NCBI GenBank assembly: GCA_017987725.1
Contig: JAGNTC010000002.1
Span: forward strand, 1-45,023
DNA length: 45,023 nt
DNA from: Flavobacterium sp.
GTDB lineage: Bacteria > Bacteroidota > Bacteroidia > Flavobacteriales > Flavobacteriaceae
Reading direction: 5' to 3'
Translations under genes and position numbers: made by a program
The notes under the pieces: generated by a model
The model's input: only the letters and a program-made list of their open reading frames with translations
Databases searched by the model: none
What the model was told of the DNA's origin: nothing
In this document: one piece after another, positions 18,485 to 27,871 of the stretch
How positions within the stretch are numbered: position 1 is the first letter of the stretch
Layout of the letters: each line of letters opens with the position of its first letter

Positions 18485-19600
18485 TTATATCGTCGTTTTT
18501 TCCAAATTCTCTTGCCACATGCGCATCACATTTTGTAGTGAAAATCGCATTACGTTTTGCGTAGCTTTCGCGCCCATTTGTTTGCGAATTTCTGGATTGC
18601 GAATCAAAAATAGCACTTTTTCAACGAATGCTTCTTGGTTTTGATTGGAAACCAAATAGCCATCTTGATCTGGAGTTATGATATGTGCAGGACCAGTTGG
18701 GCAATCATACGATACACAAGGCAAGCCCACCGATAGCGCTTCGAGCAAAACCATTGGAAAACACTCGGTATGTGAGGTCATCAGATACATCGAATAGGCC
18801 TGCATGGTTTGGGTTAAATGTGGCACCGCTTCCCGAATAAAAACCTGCTTTTCGAGATTCAATTGCTTGATTTTATCTTGCAAATAAGCCACATACTGCG
18901 GTTCACCTTGGCCGTAAATGGACAAGGTCCAAGTGGGTTCGTGCTGCACCATTTTTGACCAGATTTCGATCAAGTTATCAAACCCTTTTACAGGCGCCAA
19001 TCGACCAGCGGCCAGCACTTGATACGAATCCAATGGGGCGTGATAATCTCCCATCGCAATTGGATTGGGAATAACAACTTGCTGCGATGAATCATAAAAG
19101 GCCGTTTCTGATGCATTGAGCAAAACTAATTTGGTGTATTGGCGTTCAACCGCCGATTGAATCAAATGCCCCAACATGGCAAATCCTTTGGCGTGGGCAC
19201 GAGCCTGATACACAAAATAGCGCGAAGAATGGTATTCTTTATATTTGGCAATCTTAGAAAATAAAAAAGGAGTCCAATAAAAATCAAAGGCATAATTGCA
19301 GACCATCAAAACCCGAGGGTTCAATTGACGCATGCTTGCAATCCATTTAAAGATATGACGCGGAACTTTGACCAAATTGGCGGGATGCACAAACGATTTT
19401 TCCCGCTCGTAATTAATGTTCAAATCAATCAATTGAATGTTGGGCGACAGGGCGTAACAAGGCGTGTTTTGCTTTTGTTCGGTGGTGAGAATAATAACCT
19501 CATACCCCAAAACATCGGCAAAATAATTCGCTTTTTGGGCCATCACTTTTTCGATGCCGCCGTGCAAGTATATTTGATCGGTTGAAAAAATCAGTCGCAT
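18485..19600 (-). CDS. Glycosyltransferase family 4
   Basis: Motifs GGIEKV, AGRLAPVKGF and SHTECFPMVLLEA. Confidence 0.9.
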   Translation of the reverse strand: MRLIFSTDQIYLHGGIEKVMAQKANYFADVLGYEVIILTTEQKQNTPCYALSPNIQLIDLNINYEREKSFVHPANLVKVPRHIFKWIASMRQLNPRVLMVCNYAFDFYWTPFLFSKIAKYKEYHSSRYFVYQARAHAKGFAMLGHLIQSAVERQYTKLVLLNASETAFYDSSQQVVIPNPIAMGDYHAPLDSYQVLAAGRLAPVKGFDNLIEIWSKMVQHEPTWTLSIYGQGEPQYVAYLQDKIKQLNLEKQVFIREAVPHLTQTMQAYSMYLMTSHTECFPMVLLEALSVGLPCVSYDCPTGPAHIITPDQDGYLVSNQNQEAFVEKVLFLIRNPEIRKQMGAKATQNVMRFSLQNVMRMWQENLEKTTI

Positions 19601-20688
19601 GAAACCAACGATTTAAAGAGTTCATCCCATTGTTTCACCACCACTTCTGGCAAATACCGCTGCACATTGATTTTGGCTTGGGCACCCATTTTAAGACGCA
19701 ATTCACAATTTTCGATGAGTTGCAAAAGTTGTTGTGTATAAGCGACAATATCGTTATTGGGAACTAAAAATCCGTCTTCACCCGATCGAATAATATCGCT
19801 AGGACCACAGGGACAATCAAAGGAAACACAAGGCACACCACAAGCCATGGCTTCGATGAGCACCATGCCAAATCCTTCGAAACGGGAAGAAAAAGCAAAA
19901 ATAGAAGAAGCTAAAAACCGAGCATCAATATCGGGTACCGGCTCAAAAAAGCGCACGTTATTTTCTATTTGTAAGAGTTTCGCCATTTGTTTCATGCTTT
20001 GCATTTCATCGGCTTTGCCATAGATTTCTAGGATCCAATCGGGCTGGGTTTCTATTACAGTTGCCCAACTGTGCAACAAGCGATCAAATCCTTTTTGGTA
20101 GGTATGCTTGCCTACGGCGATTACCGTTTTATTGGCAAGTGCAGATTGGGTTTCGGGATAAAAAGACAAGGGATTAGGAATCACCACTGTATTGGGTAAA
20201 TTCCACTCGTTAAGGTTATCTTGGGTGAGTACCACAAATTTGTCGAAGAATCGGCCCATTACATTCATCAACTGCAACTGCAAACTCACGCTAATTTTTT
20301 TCAACCAGGATGGATTTGCTCCAAAGGCTATTTGCTTCGACACATGCCGTTCATACACCAACGGAATTTTGGGCAATAGCAGGGGCAAGAAAAAAGCTTT
20401 CAATCCATCGTCACAGACCGAAATCACATCGGGTTTGATCATCTCAACCATATTGCGCATGCCACTTATATACTGCCAAACGTAGCGAAATGGATTTCCA
20501 TTTACATCTACTTGATGCAGCTTAATCTGCGAACTAAACTCGTAAAACAACACATCTTCTGTCTGATGAAACACCGCAATGTGCACCTCATGCCCCAACT
20601 GCTCGGCCAAATAACTGGCCTTTACCGACAAAACCCGCTCGAGTCCGCCAGCGCCTTTGATGCCGTTGGTGATGTATAAAATTTTCAT
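19591..20688 (-). CDS. Glycosyltransferase family 4
   Basis: Motifs GGLERV, QKGFD and SRFEGFGMVLIEAMACG. ATG 20688 overlaps the upstream stop (ATGA). Confidence 0.92.
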   Translation of the reverse strand: MKILYITNGIKGAGGLERVLSVKASYLAEQLGHEVHIAVFHQTEDVLFYEFSSQIKLHQVDVNGNPFRYVWQYISGMRNMVEMIKPDVISVCDDGLKAFFLPLLLPKIPLVYERHVSKQIAFGANPSWLKKISVSLQLQLMNVMGRFFDKFVVLTQDNLNEWNLPNTVVIPNPLSFYPETQSALANKTVIAVGKHTYQKGFDRLLHSWATVIETQPDWILEIYGKADEMQSMKQMAKLLQIENNVRFFEPVPDIDARFLASSIFAFSSRFEGFGMVLIEAMACGVPCVSFDCPCGPSDIIRSGEDGFLVPNNDIVAYTQQLLQLIENCELRLKMGAQAKINVQRYLPEVVVKQWDELFKSLVSCD

Positions 20689-21734
20689 GAGCGAAGCCAA
20701 TTGGTAAACACATAGCGCTGAAGTGGCAAATATATCCAATTAATCAGGTGCGAAAGCAGTAAACACCAGCCCAAAACCCAAAAGTAAATCAAGACCGGTT
20801 GCTGTGGGGCATAACTCCAGGTTTTGGCAAAACTGGAAATCAAAAACAAATGGATGAGCCAAATATTGGTTGAATGGGTACTCAAATACTGCAGGATTCG
20901 TTCAATGACTGCTGACAATTGTAGGGCATTAAATAAAAATATAAAAGCTACACCCGTAAACACCGCCACAAACAAACTGGGCACCAATGCATGGGCGACC
21001 ATCAGTAAACCAATTAAAGTGAGTAAAATTAAAGTACGGAAAGGCCATTTGCTTACGCTTTGCATAAAGGTTGAAAACCATTTTTGACGAAAAGCGATCG
21101 CGCCCAACAGAAAAGGAAATAAGGCATTGGCCAACATATAGGCTTGGTGCCAAAGCAGTTGAATGATCTCAATTTCAGAAATAACAGGAAGTTTTATGCG
21201 GGCATAATAGCCGATAGCATACAATACAAATGCACCAATGAATAGAAGATTGGGATTGGCTTTTTCGATTAAATTAAAAATAACTGGCGCAAGCAAAACC
21301 AACAAGGCATAACAAGAAATAAACCACCAAGCTCCGTTGTAGGAAGAATCCAAAGAAATAAAATTGTAAATAAATTTGCTCCAGCTTCCCGGATATTGAT
21401 CGGATTTTCCCAATAGAATTCCCAATACAACGGCAAACAGAAGCAATACCAACCAGTAATTCAGGTAGAGTTTCAGCACCCGAGTGCGGTTCTGGCGCAC
21501 AAAAGTGGCTGTATTCTTTTGGTGGGTAATATATAATCCATAACCACTGCAAAAACAATAGATCCACACGCAACAGTCGCAAAACAAAGAAACATAATAC
21601 GTCAGCGGGACTGCACCCACAAAAACACTGGGCTGAAACAAGCCGGTGTACTCGCGATTAAACAAATGCAAACACAACATCATCGCAATGGCAATGCCTT
21701 TGGTGTAATCGGTTTGTTGTTTGCTGAGTTCCAT
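20685..21734 (-). CDS. Acyltransferase-3 family membrane O-acyltransferase
   Basis: N-terminal D-x-x-KGIAIAMMLCLH, FCSGYG, WWFI and IWLIH; multiple transmembrane segments. Confidence 0.85.
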   Translation of the reverse strand: MELSKQQTDYTKGIAIAMMLCLHLFNREYTGLFQPSVFVGAVPLTYYVSLFCDCCVWIYCFCSGYGLYITHQKNTATFVRQNRTRVLKLYLNYWLVLLLFAVVLGILLGKSDQYPGSWSKFIYNFISLDSSYNGAWWFISCYALLVLLAPVIFNLIEKANPNLLFIGAFVLYAIGYYARIKLPVISEIEIIQLLWHQAYMLANALFPFLLGAIAFRQKWFSTFMQSVSKWPFRTLILLTLIGLLMVAHALVPSLFVAVFTGVAFIFLFNALQLSAVIERILQYLSTHSTNIWLIHLFLISSFAKTWSYAPQQPVLIYFWVLGWCLLLSHLINWIYLPLQRYVFTNWLRS

Positions 21735-21735
21735 C

Positions 21736-22854
21736 TTAATTTGGGATTATCAAAGACAAAGCTGTAGTTAAAAAATCTGTTGAGCGCTGTTTGGCTTCGT
21801 TTAATTTTATGGCAACACCAGTGTATTCTATTGGCGCCAGTGCCACTTCGCAATCTTCTAGACTGTTCACCAACAAAGGAGACAAATCGAGCGAGGCCAA
21901 CAAATCACGCATGCGGGTATTGATTTTTTCACTGCGGTTAAAAACTATAAAGGGCTTTTGAAAAATGAGCGAAAAGGCCACCGCATGAAAGGAATTAGTG
22001 AGCACCAACTCGGCACCATGCACCAGCGACAAAAACACATCGGGTCCATGCAGATAGAAATTTTTATCGGCGTAGCGGATGTTGTGATTCACCGTATAAA
22101 TCTGAAGCCCTCGCGCTTTGGCTTGTTGTAAAGCAAAGGCACGTAAAATAGCATTGGTATCAAAATCATACACAAAAATGTATCGGGCAGTAAATGGCTT
22201 CACGAAGGATTCCCAATAGGCCGGTTCAATCAAAAAAACAGGATCCAAAACCTGGCTTACTTTTTCAATTCCCAACGATTTAACCAGTTGTACTCCCGAG
22301 GCCTCTCGCACCGAAACCCAATCCAATCGACTGATTTTTTCGCGCACAAAGTCTTGAAGTGTTGGGTCAATGGCATCAATGGCAAAACTCGCCGCATAGG
22401 AAATTTTAAGTTTGTCATTTGGAACAAAATCCAAATAAAAAGCGGGATCCTTGCCGTTCTGAAAATAGGAATTCCACACCTGGTCGCTGCCGCAAATGTA
22501 GGCATCCGCTTGTGGTACGTTTTGTTTAAGTTGTTCGTTGGTTGTATACGTTCCCACAGCCACACGCAAGGTCTTGGCTTCAAAGGCATCAAAACGCCAT
22601 TTGCGTTGGCGATTCCATAGATTAGAAGGAAACTTCAATACCCAATACAGCATTTTTAAAAGGACATTTTTTGTGAAAAATGCATTGCTCACTTTGGTCC
22701 ATTTGAAATGCTGGTTCAAATAATAGGGTGTGTAATTGATGGTTTCGGCCTCAAAACCCATCGTCTCCAACTGCTTGAGCAAGGCCAATTGCTGCAAAGT
22801 CGCGCCGTGGTTATAGACGTTGTGGCAGGTGAGAGTGAGAATTTTGCGCGGCAT
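21736..22854 (-). CDS. Polysaccharide pyruvyltransferase family protein
   Basis: Motifs NHGATLQ, CGSDQVWN, SYAASF, SVRE, DPVFL and TNSFHA. Confidence 0.88.
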   Translation of the reverse strand: MPRKILTLTCHNVYNHGATLQQLALLKQLETMGFEAETINYTPYYLNQHFKWTKVSNAFFTKNVLLKMLYWVLKFPSNLWNRQRKWRFDAFEAKTLRVAVGTYTTNEQLKQNVPQADAYICGSDQVWNSYFQNGKDPAFYLDFVPNDKLKISYAASFAIDAIDPTLQDFVREKISRLDWVSVREASGVQLVKSLGIEKVSQVLDPVFLIEPAYWESFVKPFTARYIFVYDFDTNAILRAFALQQAKARGLQIYTVNHNIRYADKNFYLHGPDVFLSLVHGAELVLTNSFHAVAFSLIFQKPFIVFNRSEKINTRMRDLLASLDLSPLLVNSLEDCEVALAPIEYTGVAIKLNEAKQRSTDFLTTALSLIIPN

Positions 22855-22855
22855 A

Positions 22856-23788
22856 TTAGCGAATGGAATTTACAGGTAAAAGTACTTGTTGTTGACGAAT
22901 AAATTGTGCTAGATCAGCCGTAAACAACTGTGCTCCCGATTGGCGCAAATGGTGTTTGTCGTTGAAATAGTCTGGGTTTTTATAACGCGCATCTGCAGAA
23001 TTGTATCGCATCAAATACGCGCGATGTGCCGCCAAGTGTTGCATTCGGGCATAAAAAGCGGGAGAAGACGCATAAAAATTGGGTGGAAAAACCAACACTA
23101 CTTTAGTATTTGATTGTTCGCAAGCGGTTAAAAAATGGTCGAAATAATAGCGTTTGGAGGCAAATTCTTTTTGAGGATCATAGACCGGAATGGCCGTATC
23201 AAATTTTTTCGTAAATCCAGGCATCTGGGTAGTTATAGGCATCGAACCACAGGCCAAGGGCGTATCTAAAGGCGACGGTTTTCGGTAACGCAAATCAAAA
23301 TTACTTTTATTGAGCTGATGCAAAATAAAGAGTTCCGATAGGTATTTGTTTTTTTCGCTCTTTCGAATGAGCTCCTCGCGAACAACTGGATATTTAACCA
23401 ACGGATACAAACGATCCAAGCGGTAGCGTACATTTTCGGAGGCCCCCACTTCGGTATTTTCATCCATTACCAACAACACCACTTTGGGTTTTTGGTATTT
23501 CAAAACTTGTTGCAATACAAAATATTGAAATTCAATATCACCACCAGGATAAGATAAATTATATACGTTTTGCTGCAACGAATCGCCCAATTGAGATGCA
23601 ATCACATCTCTGGCACCGCGTGAAGAACCAAACACAAACACATCGGCTTTCAACTTTTTTTGAAGCACTTGTTCCAAGCGTTGGTCAACTTCGAGCTGGG
23701 GCACATAATTTCTGAGCACAATCAAGCTGCGATCGATTGCCAGAAACAGCAAGCCAAAACAAAGCAATTGTGTGAGAAATTTTTTCAT
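22856..23788 (-). CDS. SGNH-like periplasmic protein, probable partner of the MBOAT O-acyltransferase (AlgJ/DltD-like role)
   Basis: N-terminal anchor, FGSSRG (catalytic-Ser block) and C-terminal FNDKHHL (DxxH); translationally coupled to the MBOAT gene. Confidence 0.7.
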   Translation of the reverse strand: MKKFLTQLLCFGLLFLAIDRSLIVLRNYVPQLEVDQRLEQVLQKKLKADVFVFGSSRGARDVIASQLGDSLQQNVYNLSYPGGDIEFQYFVLQQVLKYQKPKVVLLVMDENTEVGASENVRYRLDRLYPLVKYPVVREELIRKSEKNKYLSELFILHQLNKSNFDLRYRKPSPLDTPLACGSMPITTQMPGFTKKFDTAIPVYDPQKEFASKRYYFDHFLTACEQSNTKVVLVFPPNFYASSPAFYARMQHLAAHRAYLMRYNSADARYKNPDYFNDKHHLRQSGAQLFTADLAQFIRQQQVLLPVNSIR

Positions 23789-25224
23789 TAAAACTGGAAA
23801 TAAATAAAGGTTTGCTCCTCACCCGAAAACTGAAATAAGCATCCGATTAACACCAAATACAATGCCCAGCGCACCCATCTCGGCTTAGAAAAGGCCAATT
23901 TCTCCAAGGCATAATTGGCTGTTCTTCCCTTCCACTCGATCAACACAAAAACCAACAATACCACAAAAACCAACGGTGGCTTTACTTCGGGTATGCTCAA
24001 CACCGATTTGGAACAAATGGTGGCGATGTAATCAAACGCGTGAGCAACCGATTTGGCTCTGAAAAAGATCCAAGCCAAAACGGTCAGTCCAAAGGTGAGC
24101 AAAACTTGCATGGTTTCTTTCAAGGTAGGCAAAACGCGCCCTTGGGCTACAATAGCCAAATGTGTTCGGTTGGTTTTGAAAATGATAGAAGGTAAAATAA
24201 ACAAGGCATTTAAGGCGCCCCAAATGATAAAAGTCCAATTGGCTCCATGCCAAAATCCGCTGACGATGAAAATGATGAGTGTGTTTCGGATGCGCATCCC
24301 AGTTCCGCCTTGACTTCCTCCCAAGGGGATGTACAAATAATCTTTAAACCAGGATGAAAGCGAAATGTGCCAACGGCGCCAAAACTCGGCAATGTCGCGC
24401 GAGAAATAGGGAAATTTAAAATTTTGCAACAGTTCGATGCCAAACAAACGGGCGGTGCCCAAAGCAATATCGGAATAGCCTGAAAAATCGCCGTAAATCT
24501 GGAAGGCAAATAAGACCGCGCCTACTAGAAGTGTACTACCGCTGTAGGTATCGCTGTGATCAAAAATCAAATTGGCATAGTGCGCGCAACTGTCGGCAAT
24601 GATGATTTTTTTGCATAGGCCCCACAAAATTTGACGCAACCCATCGACCGCTTGGGTGTAGTTGAACTTTCGTTCTTTCTTGAGTTGCGGCAACAAATGA
24701 GTGGCGCGTTCGATAGGCCCAGCCACCAACAACGGGAAGAAACTCACAAACACAGCGTAATCTATGGGGTTTTTCTCGGGAACGATGCGGTCTTTGTATA
24801 CGTCTATCACATAAGAAAGTCCGTGAAAGGTATAAAAGGAAATACCTACAGGCAATATTACATTTAAAGTCCAAGTATCAATCGCAATGCCAAATTGGCC
24901 AAGTCCGGCGGCAAAGGAATCGACAAAGAAATTGTAATATTTAAAAAATCCTAAAAACCCCAAATTGAGCCCGATGCTGGTCCAAAACCAGAATTTCTTT
25001 AAGCCGGCACTTTTGGCCTGGTAAATTTGCAAGCCAGAATAATAATCCAAAAAAGTTGAAAAAGCGAGCAATCCCAAAAATCGCACATCCCAACAGCCGT
25101 AAAAAAAGTAACTGGCCACCAATAATAAGCCGTTTTGCAGGCGGTAGGTTTTGTTGCATACAAACCAATATAGCAAGAAAACTAGAGGAAGAAATAGCGC
25201 AAAAGACAGCGAATTGAATAGCAT
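23788..25224 (-). CDS. MBOAT-family O-acyltransferase (AlgI/DltB/PatA-like)
   Basis: Motifs LPVGISFYTF, LVAGPIER, DFSGYSD, FWRRWHISLSSW and SGFWHGA. Confidence 0.95.
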   Translation of the reverse strand: MLFNSLSFALFLPLVFLLYWFVCNKTYRLQNGLLLVASYFFYGCWDVRFLGLLAFSTFLDYYSGLQIYQAKSAGLKKFWFWTSIGLNLGFLGFFKYYNFFVDSFAAGLGQFGIAIDTWTLNVILPVGISFYTFHGLSYVIDVYKDRIVPEKNPIDYAVFVSFFPLLVAGPIERATHLLPQLKKERKFNYTQAVDGLRQILWGLCKKIIIADSCAHYANLIFDHSDTYSGSTLLVGAVLFAFQIYGDFSGYSDIALGTARLFGIELLQNFKFPYFSRDIAEFWRRWHISLSSWFKDYLYIPLGGSQGGTGMRIRNTLIIFIVSGFWHGANWTFIIWGALNALFILPSIIFKTNRTHLAIVAQGRVLPTLKETMQVLLTFGLTVLAWIFFRAKSVAHAFDYIATICSKSVLSIPEVKPPLVFVVLLVFVLIEWKGRTANYALEKLAFSKPRWVRWALYLVLIGCLFQFSGEEQTFIYFQF

Positions 25225-25279
25225 ATAGACTGCGTAAATATCAATTGTTCAAAATACAGAAACGAATATAGTATTTATT

Positions 25280-26803
25280 TTAGTCGACCGGCGGGATCGA
25301 TTTTTTTTTCTTGTAAAACGGGAGGAACTCCAATACGGTTTGTCTTTCAAACGCATTGAGTCCAAACTTATACATGATTGCTGCAAATAGCAACACAAAC
25401 AAAACTATTTTAAGCACCAAATTGAACCAATTTGCACCAGGCAAAAAGTTGAGCCAATAGCCCAAAAACAACAAGAACAAAAAGGCGGGTACGATTCCTG
25501 TGCTCACTTCTTTAAAGAATCGACCCAATTCGAGCTTGAGTACGCGTTCAAAATATACATTCATGACCACTTGGCTGATGATCCATCCCAAAGTGGAACC
25601 AAATAACAAGCCCAAACTGCCATAGGCGGGAACCAAATAGGCGCCAAACCCAGTACCCAAAACCACAAAGAAAATGTAAGTGAGGGACTTAAAATAAAAC
25701 CGATTGGTGGCTTCCAATATCGAATTGGCAAAGGTTTGCACCAAAGGCACTGTATAGGAAACCATAATGGTAAACGCAATAATCCAAGAATCGCTATAGG
25801 TTTTGCCTACCCACAAGAACACAAATTGCTGTCCAAACAAGAAAAATCCGCCCAAGATCAGCAGTAAAATAAGCAAGGAAAAACGACCGATTTTAATCAT
25901 CATCGAAGTGAGTTCGGCTGGCGATGCATCGTGAACAGTCATTTTGGTGGCGCGTGGCAAAAACACACTCGAAATGGCGGCCGAAAAGGCACCGTAATAG
26001 GTGCCCAACATGATACCTACCCCATAAATTGCGACTGCCGTAGTGCCCGAAAGCATGCCCAGCACTACTTGACCAAATCGCCATTGAAACTGACCAACTA
26101 TTGCATAGACAAATATCCAAACTGAATAAGAAAATATGGTTTTAACCAAGGGAAATTCAAATACGTGTAACTTTATTTTTACCCGCAATTTTCGAAACAC
26201 ATAATAGGCACTGATTACAATTACGAGCAAATTGAGAATGGTATCCAATACCACAATCGACAAAGCGTCTCCGCCTTTCCACAAGAGCGCAACTACCATC
26301 ACCGAACGCAATACATACTCCGATATTTTAAGTGCGCGAGGAAACACAAATTGTTCGTAGGCCGAGCAAATCGCAGCAAAAGCGCCACCAGGCAACTCGA
26401 AAGCCAAATTAAAAATCAAGATGGCAAACATGAGCTTGGCTTTGCTCATTTCGACTGGGGTTAATTTGGGAAATAAGGTGTCGAGATTAAAATAAAGTGC
26501 AATGCCTGCCACAACAATTAGGGCAGAAATCGCGGCATAAATGAGCAAGGACGTCGCTAGGAAATTTTCTTCGCCGGTTTTGTCATTTTGGGCGCGGTAT
26601 TTGGCAACAAAACGGATAATGGTGTTATTGAGTCCAAAATCCAACACCCCAATGTAGGCAATTAAAGACCCAATTAAGGTATATAATCCGTACTCAGAAT
26701 CACCTAATTTGTGAATGATGTAGGGCGTAAGCAACAAGCCAATTCCATTGGTCAAGAAAATGGAAAGATAAGAAAGTAAGGCTCCTTTTTTGAGTTGGCT
26801 CAT
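25280..26803 (-). CDS. wzx: Oligosaccharide flippase (MOP superfamily)
   Basis: LGDSEYGLY and DFGL, many transmembrane segments, 507 aa, inside a polysaccharide locus. Confidence 0.88.
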   Translation of the reverse strand: MSQLKKGALLSYLSIFLTNGIGLLLTPYIIHKLGDSEYGLYTLIGSLIAYIGVLDFGLNNTIIRFVAKYRAQNDKTGEENFLATSLLIYAAISALIVVAGIALYFNLDTLFPKLTPVEMSKAKLMFAILIFNLAFELPGGAFAAICSAYEQFVFPRALKISEYVLRSVMVVALLWKGGDALSIVVLDTILNLLVIVISAYYVFRKLRVKIKLHVFEFPLVKTIFSYSVWIFVYAIVGQFQWRFGQVVLGMLSGTTAVAIYGVGIMLGTYYGAFSAAISSVFLPRATKMTVHDASPAELTSMMIKIGRFSLLILLLILGGFFLFGQQFVFLWVGKTYSDSWIIAFTIMVSYTVPLVQTFANSILEATNRFYFKSLTYIFFVVLGTGFGAYLVPAYGSLGLLFGSTLGWIISQVVMNVYFERVLKLELGRFFKEVSTGIVPAFLFLLFLGYWLNFLPGANWFNLVLKIVLFVLLFAAIMYKFGLNAFERQTVLEFLPFYKKKKSIPPVD

Positions 26804-26821
26804 ACCCTTTTTTGGTTTACA

Positions 26822-27868
26822 CTACGCGTACTGACTGGCGTAGTAGTTTTGGTAGGCGCCCGAGGTTACATTTTTCAACCAGGCTTCGTTGGCCAAATAC
26901 CAATCAATGGTGCGAGCCAAACCTTGTTCAAATGTCACCGAGGGTTTCCATCCCAATTCGGTGTTGATTTTGGAGGCATCAATCGCGTAACGCAAATCGT
27001 GTCCGGGACGGTCTTTTACATAGGTAATCAACTCGGCCGATTCGCCAGCGGTGCGTCCTAATTTTTGGTCCATCAACTCACACAACAATTTGACCAAATC
27101 GATGTTTTGCCATTCGTTGAATCCGCCAATGTTATAGGTGTCGTGATTTTTTCCTTCGTGAAATACCAAATCAATGGCTACCGCATGGTCTTCCACAAAC
27201 AACCAATCGCGGGTATATTTGCCATCGCCATAAACGGGCAAAGGTTTTTTCTCGATGATATTATTAATGAACAATGGAATTAATTTTTCTGGGAAGTGAT
27301 TGGGTCCGTAGTTGTTGGAACAATTGGTAATCACATAGGGCAAGCCATACGTCTCGCCATAGGCCCGCACAAAATGATCCGAGCTGGCTTTGGAGGCCGA
27401 GTAAGGCGAATTGGGATCGTAGGCGGTAGTTTCGGTAAATAAACCTTCAGCGCCCAACGAACCATAGACCTCATCAGTACTGATGTGGTAAAATCGTTTA
27501 CCAGACATATCATTGGCCCATATTCTTTTGGCTGCATTGAGCAAATTCATGGTGCCAATCACATTGGTTTTCACAAATGCCAAGGGGTCGGTAATCGAAC
27601 GATCAACATGTGATTCGGCCGCCAAATGCAATACTCCATCAAATTGATGGGCTGTAAACAACTGATCGATAAAATCGGCATCGACGATATCGCCTTTTAC
27701 AAAGGTATAATTGGGTGCGTCTTGAATATCGGCAATGTTTTCGAGGTTGCCCGCATAGGTCAAGGCGTCTAAATTGTATATCTGGTAATTGGGGTATTTG
27801 GTTACAAATCTGCGCACCACGTGCGACCCAATAAATCCTGCTCCTCCGGTGATTAAAATTTTCTTCAT
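26822..27868 (-). CDS. rfbB: dTDP-glucose 4,6-dehydratase
   Basis: Motifs [36 protein letters not shown] and DRPGHD. Confidence 0.96.
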   Translation of the reverse strand: MKKILITGGAGFIGSHVVRRFVTKYPNYQIYNLDALTYAGNLENIADIQDAPNYTFVKGDIVDADFIDQLFTAHQFDGVLHLAAESHVDRSITDPLAFVKTNVIGTMNLLNAAKRIWANDMSGKRFYHISTDEVYGSLGAEGLFTETTAYDPNSPYSASKASSDHFVRAYGETYGLPYVITNCSNNYGPNHFPEKLIPLFINNIIEKKPLPVYGDGKYTRDWLFVEDHAVAIDLVFHEGKNHDTYNIGGFNEWQNIDLVKLLCELMDQKLGRTAGESAELITYVKDRPGHDLRYAIDASKINTELGWKPSVTFEQGLARTIDWYLANEAWLKNVTSGAYQNYYASQYA

Positions 27869-27871
27869 CGC

